In this document: positions 1 through 11,000 of the stretch, in pieces
Layout of the letters: each line of letters begins with the position of its first letter
Position numbering within the stretch: the first letter of the stretch is position 1
From: Xylographa opegraphella
Lineage: Eukaryota
NCBI GenBank assembly: GCA_022813865.1
Contig: JALDZX010000006.1
Coordinates: 186,001 to 250,000 of the forward strand
Direction of reading: 5' to 3'
DNA length: 64,000 nt
Position numbers and translations under genes: made by a program
The notes under the pieces: model-generated
What the model was told of the DNA's origin: nothing
The model's input: only the letters and a program-made list of their open reading frames with translations
Databases searched by the model: none

Positions 1-1124
1 GACGTAAACCCCAGGGATGCTCTGGGTTGTTACGTTCTCGAGTAGAGGAAAATATGGTTAGATCCCAGTCCTTAGCTACATCCCAATAGAACGAGTAAAA
101 TGAGTTCAGAAACACGAAGAATAGCCTGGGGAGAGAGTAAGTATCTTTGGCTGAACATCAAGAGAACTGATAGACTGACCATAGCCGAAACAAACCGGCT
201 TCTGACATACCAATCTTGTTTGGGTCATAGCCCCGTTGAAGTGCGCTAAGGACAATGACAGGGAATGCACTGGAGTATTTGAGAGCGTTTGCGAGGTGCT
301 GCCCGCCCCAGCCAGTGGAGATTGAACCCCCCGACTGCTTCATACTTTTCCTGACCCTCAAGAATTCGATCAAGCATTGACGCAGACGTATCAAACTAGG
401 TATGCTGATAATGATAGGCACCAGATATGCTCCGCCACAGCTTCGGTCTGGTTTTGCAGTCGACGAGTACTTCCGAGAAAGCAACATACACTCAGCAACA
501 AATAGATCCCCTAGTACCTTGGCGTAAGAAGTAAGAACATCGGCAAGCAATATATCCCCGAACTTCCCATCTTGTGGCTCCGCAATGCCACCAATGCTAA
601 CTCGTTTTAATATTGTAAGAAAACGGTATCTACCAGCTTTCGAGAGGCGCTGTAGCGGCAGAATGAACAACAATGCCAGCAGGACGAGGTAAGATTGTGG
701 CAAAATCTCCCACGCCAGGACGAGTGAGGTCTGCCCGTGCGTGACGCTCCAGAATAGGAGTAAAGAGATCGCCAGAGGAATCGATATGAGCGCCGCGAGA
801 CGGTAAGTTCGGTAGTGATGGGAAGGCCCAGCGACAGTCGTGCGACTGGAGTATCTGATGAGGCCAGCCACATCCTAACAAGTACCACAGTTAGCGCTGA
901 GTTGAGAGTGCAAGGGGCCACGTCTGTCGAGCTTACGATTCTGAGTATTGCCAGATAGTGGAGGTTCACAGCCCATGCCCAAACTCCTAGATACCTGTCA
1001 GAACGAAGCGTGAAACCGCTGAATATGACGGACCAAGTACTAAAATTACAGCGACACGGTATGGCAATGGCAGGATCAGACTAAACGTATCCAGCTCCGG
1101 CTCAACAACGGGATCCCCATCCAT
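1..1124 (-). CDS. ERD1: EXS-family ER retention/Golgi phosphate recycling protein Erd1 (multi-exon, 3' end outside window)
   Basis: ATG at 1124 (MDGDPVVEPELDTFSLILPLPYRVAVILVLG) spliced to GVWAWAVNLHYL and to ORF 158-871. EXS-type motifs DGKFGDILLADVLTSYAKVLGD, RLRQCLIE and HLANALKYSSAFPVI; a further exon with NSFYSFYWDVAKDWD runs to the left edge. Confidence 0.9.
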
Positions 1125-1204
1125 ATTTCCATTAGTGTAGAGCGAAACTTCATAAAAAATAATTCGCAACTGTAACCAGCAACGGCGACGTACGTCAAAC
1201 ACGA

Positions 1205-1365
1205 CCGAGGACTGGATTTTCTGAACAATGGATTTCGAGATGTTGTGTAAATGGTCCCGAGGTCGTACCTTATCCCTGCAGCTTTCTCTAGCTCCTAAGC
1301 CCCGAGGCCCCCAGCCCTACCTATATAGAAGGCTCGGCCCGAGGACGGGCACGTGGAAGCCGAGG
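1205..1365 (+). promoter_or_regulatory. Cluster of five CCGAGG motifs (FarA/FarB-CTF1-type sites) plus a TATA-like TATATAG in the ERD1/PEX10 divergent promoter
   Basis: CCGAGG at 1205, 1257, 1302, 1339 and 1360; TATATAG at 1322-1328. CCGAGG/CCTCGG is the established FarA/FarB core motif upstream of peroxisomal and fatty-acid genes in Aspergillus. Confidence 0.7.
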
Positions 1366-1435
1366 TTGTGTGCTTTGTATCTCAGAATGCCTCCTCGTTC
1401 TCGTAGAGTACAGCGCACATCGCTCGTTTACCATC

Positions 1436-2599
1436 ATGAAGAGTCCTGATGGACGATCCGATACGGTTTTAGAAGCTCCCTCCATTTCGAATCTATCAAA
1501 TGGCTACCAATATCCCTTCGCTGCTGCGCCTGATATCATTCGATCCAACCAGAAAGATACATATTTTCAAGGTGTCCTCCTCGAAAATCTCTCTGATATA
1601 ATACGCAAGCTTTACGGAGCGCGCTTTAGCCACAAATACACATCTGAAGCGCGAACATTTACGGAGCTTCTGTATCTAGCCTGTACGACACTCCTAGGGA
1701 ACCGGACATTAGGAGAGGAGTATTGTGATGTGATCCAGGTTGAGGAAGACTCGTTACAGTTTCCTTCAATATGCCGTCGCGCTGGCTACATCTTGTCAAC
1801 CATTCTCCTGCCGTATGTTCTTAGCAAGGCTCTACCCAGTTTGCGGAATCGCTTGCGCCTGAAATTGGAGTCGAATCTCCAGAGCAACGACAAAACGGCA
1901 GAACATGCTTCGTATTTGCCTCTTTCCAAGCGACTGCAAAAGTACTTATTATCAAACCTCTCAACTTTGACATCGCCCTCCCCTTTCTACGCTATCAGTC
2001 TCTCTCTTTTCTACTTCAGTGGAGCTTACTACCACATTAGTAAGCGCATTCTTGGTTTACGTTACATTTTTACGAAGCGTCTTGAGCCATCGGAACAGCG
2101 TATCGGTTATGAAGTTCTCGGTGTTCTTCTGGTGCTGCAGATGACGGTACAGGGTTGGCTCCATTTCCGCAACACCATTCGGAGCACGCAGCCATCATTG
2201 GCGAACGCGGCTTCCATAGCTGGCGGCGCTGCAGTTATTGACGGCGGCATTGAGCTTAGCCTTGATTCTCAGGCACATGGGAGTAACAACAATATACTAC
2301 TTGAAGATGATCTGCCTCGAGGTGAAGATGGGACCCAGCGTCTTGGACATCACACTCATACGCCTGTTCTTGCGCGACCAAGATACGAGCTGAATGATAT
2401 GGGGAAATTAGGTTGGATTGACGGATCGCAACAAAGGAAGTGTACCCTATGCTTGGAGGAGTTGAAAGACCCGAGTGTCACTACATGCGGCCATGTATTT
2501 TGCTGGTTGTGTATTGCGGATTGGATAAGAGAGAAGCCAGAGTGCCCTCTTTGCAGGCAGGCGATCTTGAGCCAACATGTCCTACCATTGCGAGGCTGA
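1436..2599 (+). CDS. PEX10: Peroxin Pex10, RING E3 ligase of peroxisomal import
   Basis: Intronless ORF from ATG 1436. Pex2/Pex12 N-terminal region (FAAAPDIIRSNQKD, RTLGEEYCD) and C-terminal C3HC4 RING CTLC...CGHVFCWLC...CPLC. Confidence 0.95.
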   Translation: MKSPDGRSDTVLEAPSISNLSNGYQYPFAAAPDIIRSNQKDTYFQGVLLENLSDIIRKLYGARFSHKYTSEARTFTELLYLACTTLLGNRTLGEEYCDVIQVEEDSLQFPSICRRAGYILSTILLPYVLSKALPSLRNRLRLKLESNLQSNDKTAEHASYLPLSKRLQKYLLSNLSTLTSPSPFYAISLSLFYFSGAYYHISKRILGLRYIFTKRLEPSEQRIGYEVLGVLLVLQMTVQGWLHFRNTIRSTQPSLANAASIAGGAAVIDGGIELSLDSQAHGSNNNILLEDDLPRGEDGTQRLGHHTHTPVLARPRYELNDMGKLGWIDGSQQRKCTLCLEELKDPSVTTCGHVFCWLCIADWIREKPECPLCRQAILSQHVLPLRG

Positions 2600-3905
2600 A
2601 TGGACAGATTGCACACTTAAGGCTCTACTTCTGCCGCTACCATCGAGGAAACCAGCCACAAATACTGTTCATTAACACTTGTTGTCCTACAAAACGTTTG
2701 CTGAAATCAGGTAGACAATCGCTGGAGGAAATCTTCGATATATGAAGGTCCGCCCCGTGGAAACAAACGCTGACCTTCATATTGAAGGCACGTCAAAGAC
2801 TCAACACTATTGCATTTAAGAACTCACATGGGTTTCATGAAGAGAGATTTGATCACGATGGCTAGGCTATTTGTTAAGAAAATTCATTGAAGTGGATAAT
2901 CTATTCAACTCATCGAGCAAAGTATCGGCAAGAACAAGTGGGAAAACAGATTTCGTGAGAGCGTTCATGCGACCCAGCGTTAGACACAATGGACGGCACA
3001 ATCTCGTGGACATAAACCGAAACGAGCTTCTTGAAGTCGCAGTTGTGAAGGGTGAAGTCAAAGACGACAGTGCAACTACCTTGTCGCAGATTACATGCAG
3101 TCGGACTTTTCGGTACGTTGCGGAGTTGTCCCGCAAGCCTGATGCAATATAGGAAAGATTTTGATTTCCATTACAAGTTGTCAAATTAACCCCATGTATG
3201 ATGTTCAGCGAACAAACCATCTGTACTGGTTTCAGTTTGCTGAGAATTCGGGTAGAACTACTGTTGGATGGAGACTGTAATTGTACAGACAAGAAGCCAA
3301 AATGACCGGCTACTTCACTCACATGGCCCTAGAATAAGTGACAAAAGGTTTTAAAACAACCTGAACAAAACGCTGGGGTGAATATAGTGAGAAAAGTAAT
3401 CCGTAGTAGTTTACTGAAGTCTGATCCATTCGTACCATCACCCCATATTATTTGTCTGCAAGTGAAACTTATGTTCTTGTTTCGCACTTAGATTACCACT
3501 GGCAGATCCCGCTCGTATGTAAACATTAGTTTGCACATCGTATTACATTATTGGTAGTGACTAATTACGCCAGAGATCCAGTGGTTCCCATGGATTGCAT
3601 ATAGTGCTTCCGAGTCCCTCAGCCGTTTAGTGAGCGAATGGTTGCCAGTCGCAAAGTACCTCCCTGAGTGTCGGGGGACTTGCCAGCTGGGAAAGAATCT
3701 CTAGTTCTGTATGCGTCATAGTTTCTCTTATTAGTCCCCGTCAATTGTAACTAAGTCCGTTCTCTTATCTTTATCTAGACTACACCACCACGATTGGATC
3801 TTACATATCATGAACCAATGACTGTACAAACTTGCGATGAGGGTGATTTGATTATGTCGATGAAGCTTTTGCCAAAAGGCTTGGTTTCAGCGCAGGCAGG
3901 GCCAG

Positions 3906-6811
3906 ATGTCTGCCCTCAAGAATACTCAAATGACTGGCGGTCTAGCTCGGATGGATCTATTAGGACGTTTGAAAGCGACCCAAATAGTGGATACAAAGCC
4001 TGTGTTGCCAGCAGGTTTGCAGGGTTTCCTGCCTTTTCTATACAGCGCTGACTGATCCTAGAGATTTTATCATTGATCCTGGAGCATCTCACCGTGCTCG
4101 ATCTTGTACATTGTGCTCGTCTGTCAAAACGTATGCGGGAAATGGTCTACGATGATACAAGATGGGTACGCAGACTGCGACTGATGGGCTGCTGGAACGA
4201 TGCAGCCGCTAGAACTGAAGCCGAGGAAGCTCGGCGGAGGAAAATTGACTCCCTAAACACCACACAAGAACATCAATCGAAGAAGACAGCGGCGAACGGC
4301 ACCACCTCAGAAAAGTCTATTGCCAAAGCCCCGGAAGGCTCGAGAAAGCCAAGCATACCTCACGTCAGCATCACGGCGGTCGAGAAAGGCACTTCGAAAA
4401 ATGTTAGTGATGTCGTCAAACGGCAGGACGTAGAGAATGATGGCTTCGATTTTGTTGCCTTATCTCCGACCGCGCCCGATCCTCTGCCAGATCACCAGCC
4501 TGTTGATACTCTGAATGCATTGGAAGTCATATCTACAGCTCGTTCCGTTCGAGGCACAGCGAGGCAGGAGTACGGCAGGATCCATGGAGCCTTGAACCTG
4601 TATTACAAGGATGCTTTACGTTCAAAACACCCGTCAAATGCTAGGATATTTCGTGTCTACCGCGATCCTGTACAACAAGCTGCAATGCTGTCCCAGCTTG
4701 TCAAATTTGCTAATAGCGATTTATCTCTTGGTTGGCAAGCGCGAGAGGAGAAACTTTTGTTCCTGGTGTCAGCCTTTGAAGATGCCGTCTCCCGTGAGTT
4801 CGAGCAGGGCTTGAAGCTTGGAGATGTGGACGGCAGGATGAAAAAATATGCTCATGTTCTTGTCACGCTCAACGGAGGGCAGCGGGCTGTAGATTTGTGG
4901 ATCAATGATAATCCGGTTATCAAGGACAGTGCAGGCCTCGGCGATCCCATGGACTGTATCAGTCCCAATAACCAGGATCATCTCTTTCTAGAAGAGGCTC
5001 ATTCATTCTTAAGCCATTTGTCTTCGGCATTCAACGTACAGGTTACTGTCATCGACAGAGTGTTCCCAGCATCGGTTAGTGTTGTTGTACCATATCTACA
5101 GAAGTTAGGAAACGAGGTTCTAGCTTCATATATCGATAAATTGTTTGTATATCTTCAAGAAAAGAGTACTGAGTCATATGTTCGGGCTATTTCCGGCGTG
5201 TATGATCAAAGTCTTCGATTTGCAAAGACCTTACGACCACCGCAAGCTTCAGGCGACGAGTTCTATGAAGCTGTGGATAAGCTGGTGGCCGATATATTTG
5301 CCCCCTATGCTGCAACGTATTTCTCTGAGGAATTGGCACTGTTCAAGAGACGATCCGAAATTGAGGTCAGCGGCTGGGAAAGGCAACTCTCCCAACAAGA
5401 CGCCTCACTTGAATCAATGTACATGACGAATATCAATAGGCAAGCTGACAAGCGAGACTTCCTCTCCTCTTTCAAGAAGGTGGTGATGATGCCAGTCAAT
5501 GTCCTACCAAGTTTTGATATTTCTTCTCGGTTTGGCGGCAAGTCTCCAACTAGTAGAGCCTCTGACAGTGAAGATGCCCTCAACACTTATCGTGCTCCAC
5601 AATCTCAAGCGTCAAGCAGGCCTGATACTCCTGATTCACGAACTGTGCCAGCGACGTTGATTTCTCGTTCCGGGACCCCAATTTCAGAACCGCCTACCAC
5701 TGAGCTAGCAGCGAAAGCTGCAATTATGAAGTCGAAGCTCGAAGGCATCCGGACCTTGTTCAGCTTAGAGGTTGCATTGAATCTCGTGCACATGGCCAAG
5801 AGTAGCATAGATCGTGCAGCTGTCTTTGCTAGGGTTAAGGGAATATTCGATTCGGATGCTCGAAACGAGTGTGAAGTTATCTTTATTATGCTTCTGAGGA
5901 CTCTTGGGGATCGCCACGTCAAAGCTGGATTCGACCAAGCTGTTGCGCAATTAGCCAAATACAATCCACGCACTGCAAGTGATCAAAGCCAACCTGGCGT
6001 CGCACCTCTAGTGATGTATCTAGAACTCGTGAATGTCGGCGACTTGATCCAACAGATGTTGGACGTCTTCTATGAGCAGGAGCTCGTAGCCACGAGATTG
6101 ACGGACCGGCAAGACTTCCTCAACCCAACTGTTAAAGAGAAGAAGCGCTTTGAACAGATGCTTGATGAGCGTGTTGCTGCTGGGCTCAACAAGGGCATCG
6201 AAGTCCTCATGGCTGAGGTCGAGTTTGTTTGCGCTACGACTCAGAACGTTGAGGATTTCAACCCGGGCGCTACAGGAATGGTGATCAATAAGATCGTTGA
6301 TATCACCCCAAGCAATACTGCCATATGGGTTGTCGAGGTTGTCTCAGCGCATACAAAAATGCTTGTGGGTAGTACGGATAAGAATATGCTGGACGTCTTT
6401 AATCAAGAGATTGGTCTGAGGCTTTTTGCGACCTTGTGCAAGCACCTGAAACGGCAACGGATAAGTGTTTCTGGATCGATCAAGCTAATAAGGTACGAAA
6501 CAAGCTGTCCAATAGGTATGATGATAGCTAACCCGCCTAGTGATATGAATCATTATTTCATGTTTGTGCAGTCCCTAAAGAATAAGGATTTACTGGAATA
6601 TTTCAAGGCGCTGCGGGAACTAGCACAGATCTACCTGATAGACCCTTCCGACGCGAAGGAGCTGGCTGCGATCATCGCTGACGCGGACCGCTTTCATGGC
6701 ATATTCCGAGCTGAAGAGGTTTATGAGTATGCCGAACGACGTGCGGATTGGTATCAAGTCAAGTCTCGCGTGGAGAAAGCCATGTATGGCATTGGCTGCT
6801 GCATGATGTAA
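3906..6811 (+). CDS. RCY1: F-box/Sec10-like endocytic recycling protein Rcy1 (recyclin-1)
   Basis: Exon 1 3906-4014 and intron 4015-4061 join to give the F-box LPAEILSLILEHLTVLDLVHCARLSKRMR. A long Sec10-like helical region follows, with intron 6493-6540. It ends in a CaaX motif (GIGCCMM), as yeast Rcy1 does. Confidence 0.9.
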
Positions 6812-7465
6812 AAAAAATGGTCAACGAGCACCTAGGTTATGCTCTGAAATAATAAGATATCTTGGGGATAATTGTGCTATGAATATTTTGGAGCACGATC
6901 ACCAACTCTGGATGGGTGAGCACCCTCAACATGCTATGCGATACATAGCATCGCTGCTTTCAGGTCCAACTGTACCAAAATTATGGATCGTGCCCAAATC
7001 TCTGCAGGGCTTTTGCGCTACGATCATTGTGATGTTTTTATAACACCCAATTGATGCTCCATAATTTTCTGTGCTCAATGCTGAGGGATATTTCAAGACC
7101 GGCAAAGATGCAGGAATGGATCATGACAACTAAAAAATCAAAGCTCACACGTTTATGCGTGCACAAGTAGAGCACGCCATATCAACGATCGTTGTCGTCA
7201 TATTAATCATATCAAGTTATGTAGGTAGAACATCAATCTGGTAAGCAAGAGTTATTTATGATTTTTCATTGCTAACTATCTTACAATTAGACAGAGATAC
7301 ATATTGCATAGTACATAGTTCATCAAGGAGCGTCAGTGGCGAACTGGCCAGGTTCCCACCAATATACAACCAATCTTCGTTCCACCACTGTGTACATACT
7401 TCCGTGAACCGCTGTATAATTACAGGTACTTTTTGGCGGTCCGCAGTTGCATCAACTTTCGATGC

Positions 7466-7892
7466 TTAGAGGTTGACGATGGGGCAAACGGATCCAACGT
7501 TAACAAGACCAGCCTGTGAAGTTGATCAGTACTGTTTTCTGATCTGCGTTCTGAGATGCTGCATACCTGGGCACCAGACTCGCAGCAAGCGACTTCTTGG
7601 TTGCACAACTGATCCACGGGAAGAACGCTCAATACTATTTCTGTTAGCTCATGGAAGATATCGAATGGATTCAGGGATGAAGCTCACGGTCGAGAGAAGC
7701 GCAGTCAAGTCCAACATTGACGCCGACGAGGCCGACGATTTCCTTGACCACGGAGTTGCAGCAGCTGGCCTTAAGATTGTTGCCGCATTGCTGCTGAATG
7801 CCTTGGGCTGGAGTGTTGCGCCTTTGCACAGTTGGGCTGCCAGAGACGGCCAGAGCGATGGTGGTGAGAACGAAGATGGTGTTGGAAAGCAT
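7466..7892 (-). CDS. Secreted hydrophobin (class I-like), 3 exons
   Basis: Signal peptide MLSNTIFVLTTIALAVSG; introns 7635-7687 and 7514-7566. The spliced product has the 8-Cys pattern C-X7-CC-X18-C-X14-C-X5-CC-X14-C and ends CPIVNL*. Confidence 0.9.
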
Positions 7893-8020
7893 GTTGATTT
7901 TGGTTGTTGGAGCTAGGCTACCGTGTTTGAAAGAGTTTGGAGTTTTGGTTGTTGTGAAGAAGTCTTTGAAGTGTGTGTTTGAAAGCTGGATGATGATTGA
8001 AAGAGTGGATTTGACCTCCC

Positions 8021-8027
8021 TTATATA
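8021..8027 (-). promoter_or_regulatory. TATA box of the hydrophobin gene
   Basis: TATATAA on the minus strand about 130 bp upstream of the ATG at 7892. Confidence 0.6.
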
Positions 8028-11000
8028 CACTTCCTGAGCTCGGTCTGGGGCTCAGAATGCTCGTCATTTCAGGATGATTCTCGTTGCCAGACCAAGAGTT
8101 TCTCGCTGCTCGAATTCACATCATACCGCAGCATCGCCAACGCACTCCGTGCCGGCACAGACGTTGTCGATCCTCTGCTGCATAGGACTTGTGTAGCGAT
8201 CGTCGGTTCGAAGACGAAGATGTTGAGAGGGCGCCAACAGTGTGATGTCAGAGTTAGGTATCATTGGACGTCGCTGCGAGGCGCATAGGCCGAAGTATGA
8301 ACCAAAGAATCCTTGTCGATGTGTGCAGGAGAAATATGACTTTCAACCGTCCAAGCAGCGCTTCCGGACCAGAGATCAACAGCGTCTGCCGACACTGACG
8401 TGGAAAGGATCTTCGCCTAGTTTCAGAACAGAGCATAGTGTTTGGCGGAACCAAGTTTTGAGCTCTTTAGATATCTGCATATTTGCAGACCGAATACTGA
8501 ACAGAAAGAATCCGAAAAGCTATGCAATGCCGATCTCTGCTTGGCTGACCTCTACTGGCTTTCCTTCTTTGGCGCTTACGCGCTGCATCGGGAGAACAAT
8601 GCAGGGGCTACATGTGATTCATTTCTTGCGGAGAAGGTATTTGTTTTGCCGTCCAGCGAGTCTGAATGTGTCATGAGTTTCGTACCAGGTAAACACGTTG
8701 ACTAAGCGGGCCGCCCGTCAGTATGGTGCTTCGAGCTGGAAAGAAAGTTGCAGAAGCACATTGACTTCAACATACCACTGGCTCTCGTTGGCATGATTGC
8801 CAGGCGTCTGAAACCCTTGACAAACTATTCCTCTGGGGATGCACAATGATGCTGATGGCTGATGCCCAGAAGCTGATGGCGCGCCTCTCAGCCAGCCCAA
8901 CCATGTGGGCCAGCTTACACGCATAGCAGAATTGTATTTTAGGTGAGGCGCCAAACAGGACTTGTACCCGTCACTGTGCATCAGATAACTCCATTTGCAG
9001 GAAAGTCCCGTTGAAGCTGCACAATGAAGTCAATGGCTACTACTACGAACTGTCAGGCAAAGCCCGTGCTGCAGTTCTCAGCCGCATACTGGATGTGCCT
9101 GCGATCGATTGCCTCGTCAGTGAGGTGCCAAACTCACTCCTGTATCAACTACGGCTCGCGATCATTGATGTCGCGCGGCCTGAGCTGAGTTCAGCGTGAT
9201 GCTCTGGAGGTGTATGACGACCGAGGGACGTTGATGAGAAACCTTAAAACTCTCAGGCCACTGTCGATGAAATTTTTCGTTAGCTTTGCCAAGCATGCAC
9301 ACCGGACGTCGCGTTCTCTGGACGAGCTGCGAGTCAGTCCTTGCGTGTGCGGTGTTTTCCTGACTCAAGGCCGTCATGCAATATGGGAAACCCCGTGCGT
9401 GGGCACCAGACAGTGGGTGAAGTGAGGCTGCTGTGACGAGGCTGGTCGGAGTACCCATTTGCAAATCAGAGCTCCAGCTCAAACTGTGTTGGTTGCATAT
9501 TCTTCCCTCCAATAATACTACACACGTCAAGGTCGGAAGCCTTCCCAATTTCTCCCTTTCAGCCAGTGTCCGCTGAGAACATTGCTTAGTTGGCTACACC
9601 ATAAGGATTTTCAGCACTATGTGTTTGATTTGCGGGTGAGGATGGCCGCAAAATAGCAGTGGCTGAAATGTAGGCGCCAGTGCATATGCACCCCGGAAAT
9701 GACAATCCTAACTTCCTAAGGCTAGGCTCTGCCGTCCCTGAATTGGCACATGAGTATTGCCTCGTGGATTGCAGCAATCCATTTCGTGTTTTTTATCCCT
9801 CAGTTTTGTTGTTTCTGTTGGACTAAGTGGAATCGTACAGGACTGATGTTACGAAACTTGAGTGTAGTTCCGTCCTGAGCTTTCTAGGACGCCAAACATA
9901 ATCACTTACGCCGGAACGCGTTCACCGAGCTCTGCTTACAGCTTCGCGTTACAGTGCTCAGGCTCCAAAGTTGCTCGCCGGTCACAAAAGAGAGGACAGT
10001 CTTCGACCTTTCGTTACGGAAGCCTGTTTTCGACCGGCGAGAATGTTTCGGAACAAAACCAAGATACTACGTATAATATTTCCGTATTCCGCATTCGACG
10101 GGAAATGCAAACATGGGTCACCGTTAGCACCGGGGATCAGCGATCGTCGGAGCTAGTCAATTGAGCATATCACACTCCAGATTTTGACAGATATTCTCAG
10201 ACCCCGTTTGGGAAGTGCGAGCAAGCCACAAAGCGTGATACGGCGAGGACGATTACGAAATTTGGTGATAAATACTCGCCTGCGAGCTCGTATGGACCAA
10301 TCCGGATGTCAGCCATTCGGGACGGCTCTTGGAGACCTGCAGGATGATGAGTTGCACGGGGGGAGGATGGGAAATTCCGTGACATGCTGCAGAGTCTGAT
10401 GTACCTACATCTAGCGGGCTTGAAATGTGGAGGCGGGACATTCAACGCTGACGGGCGGAGATCTCTTGGAAGCCGCACGTTGTGGTCAACTACTTTCGAG
10501 ACGACCATAGGCCCTGAAGCCTTGATAGGTGAGATGATGTGTGGTAGCTTTTATGCATGCCAGCAATACGACAGCCACTTACTCACCGTAGCAGCTCCCT
10601 AGGCATTTGCACGAAGTCGGGCAAGGAATAAGGTTTGGGCCAAGGGCTGTGTTTTTGCGGGGAACCTAGGGCTAGGGCGGGGAACCTAGTGCTCAACCGG
10701 GGACCAATGACGCGATCCAACGACGAGGTCCAGTGACAGAGGTCCAATGACGAGGCTCAAGTTCTCTCGTGAGCATGGAAGGAGGTGGGACGCTCGAGGG
10801 CGCTTGAGGGTGTGGCACGTGGCTGACAGCAATCCAGCCGTTTCTCTTCGACTTGGCCGACCGCCACGAGCCCGGCCGAGAGGCACTACTGCGCAAGGAT
10901 TTCCCGTGGCGCGCACCCCAGGCGCGCCAGTCAGCTCGATCCGCCGCCGGCCATTCTCGCCCTCTCACAGTCTCATGCGCCGTACCTGACCTCAATCCCA

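Noticed and set aside
2871..3322. Overlapping ORFs between PEX10 and RCY1 with faint ankyrin-like wording
   Set aside because: No TPLH-type consensus, no splice structure, and the resemblance is too weak.
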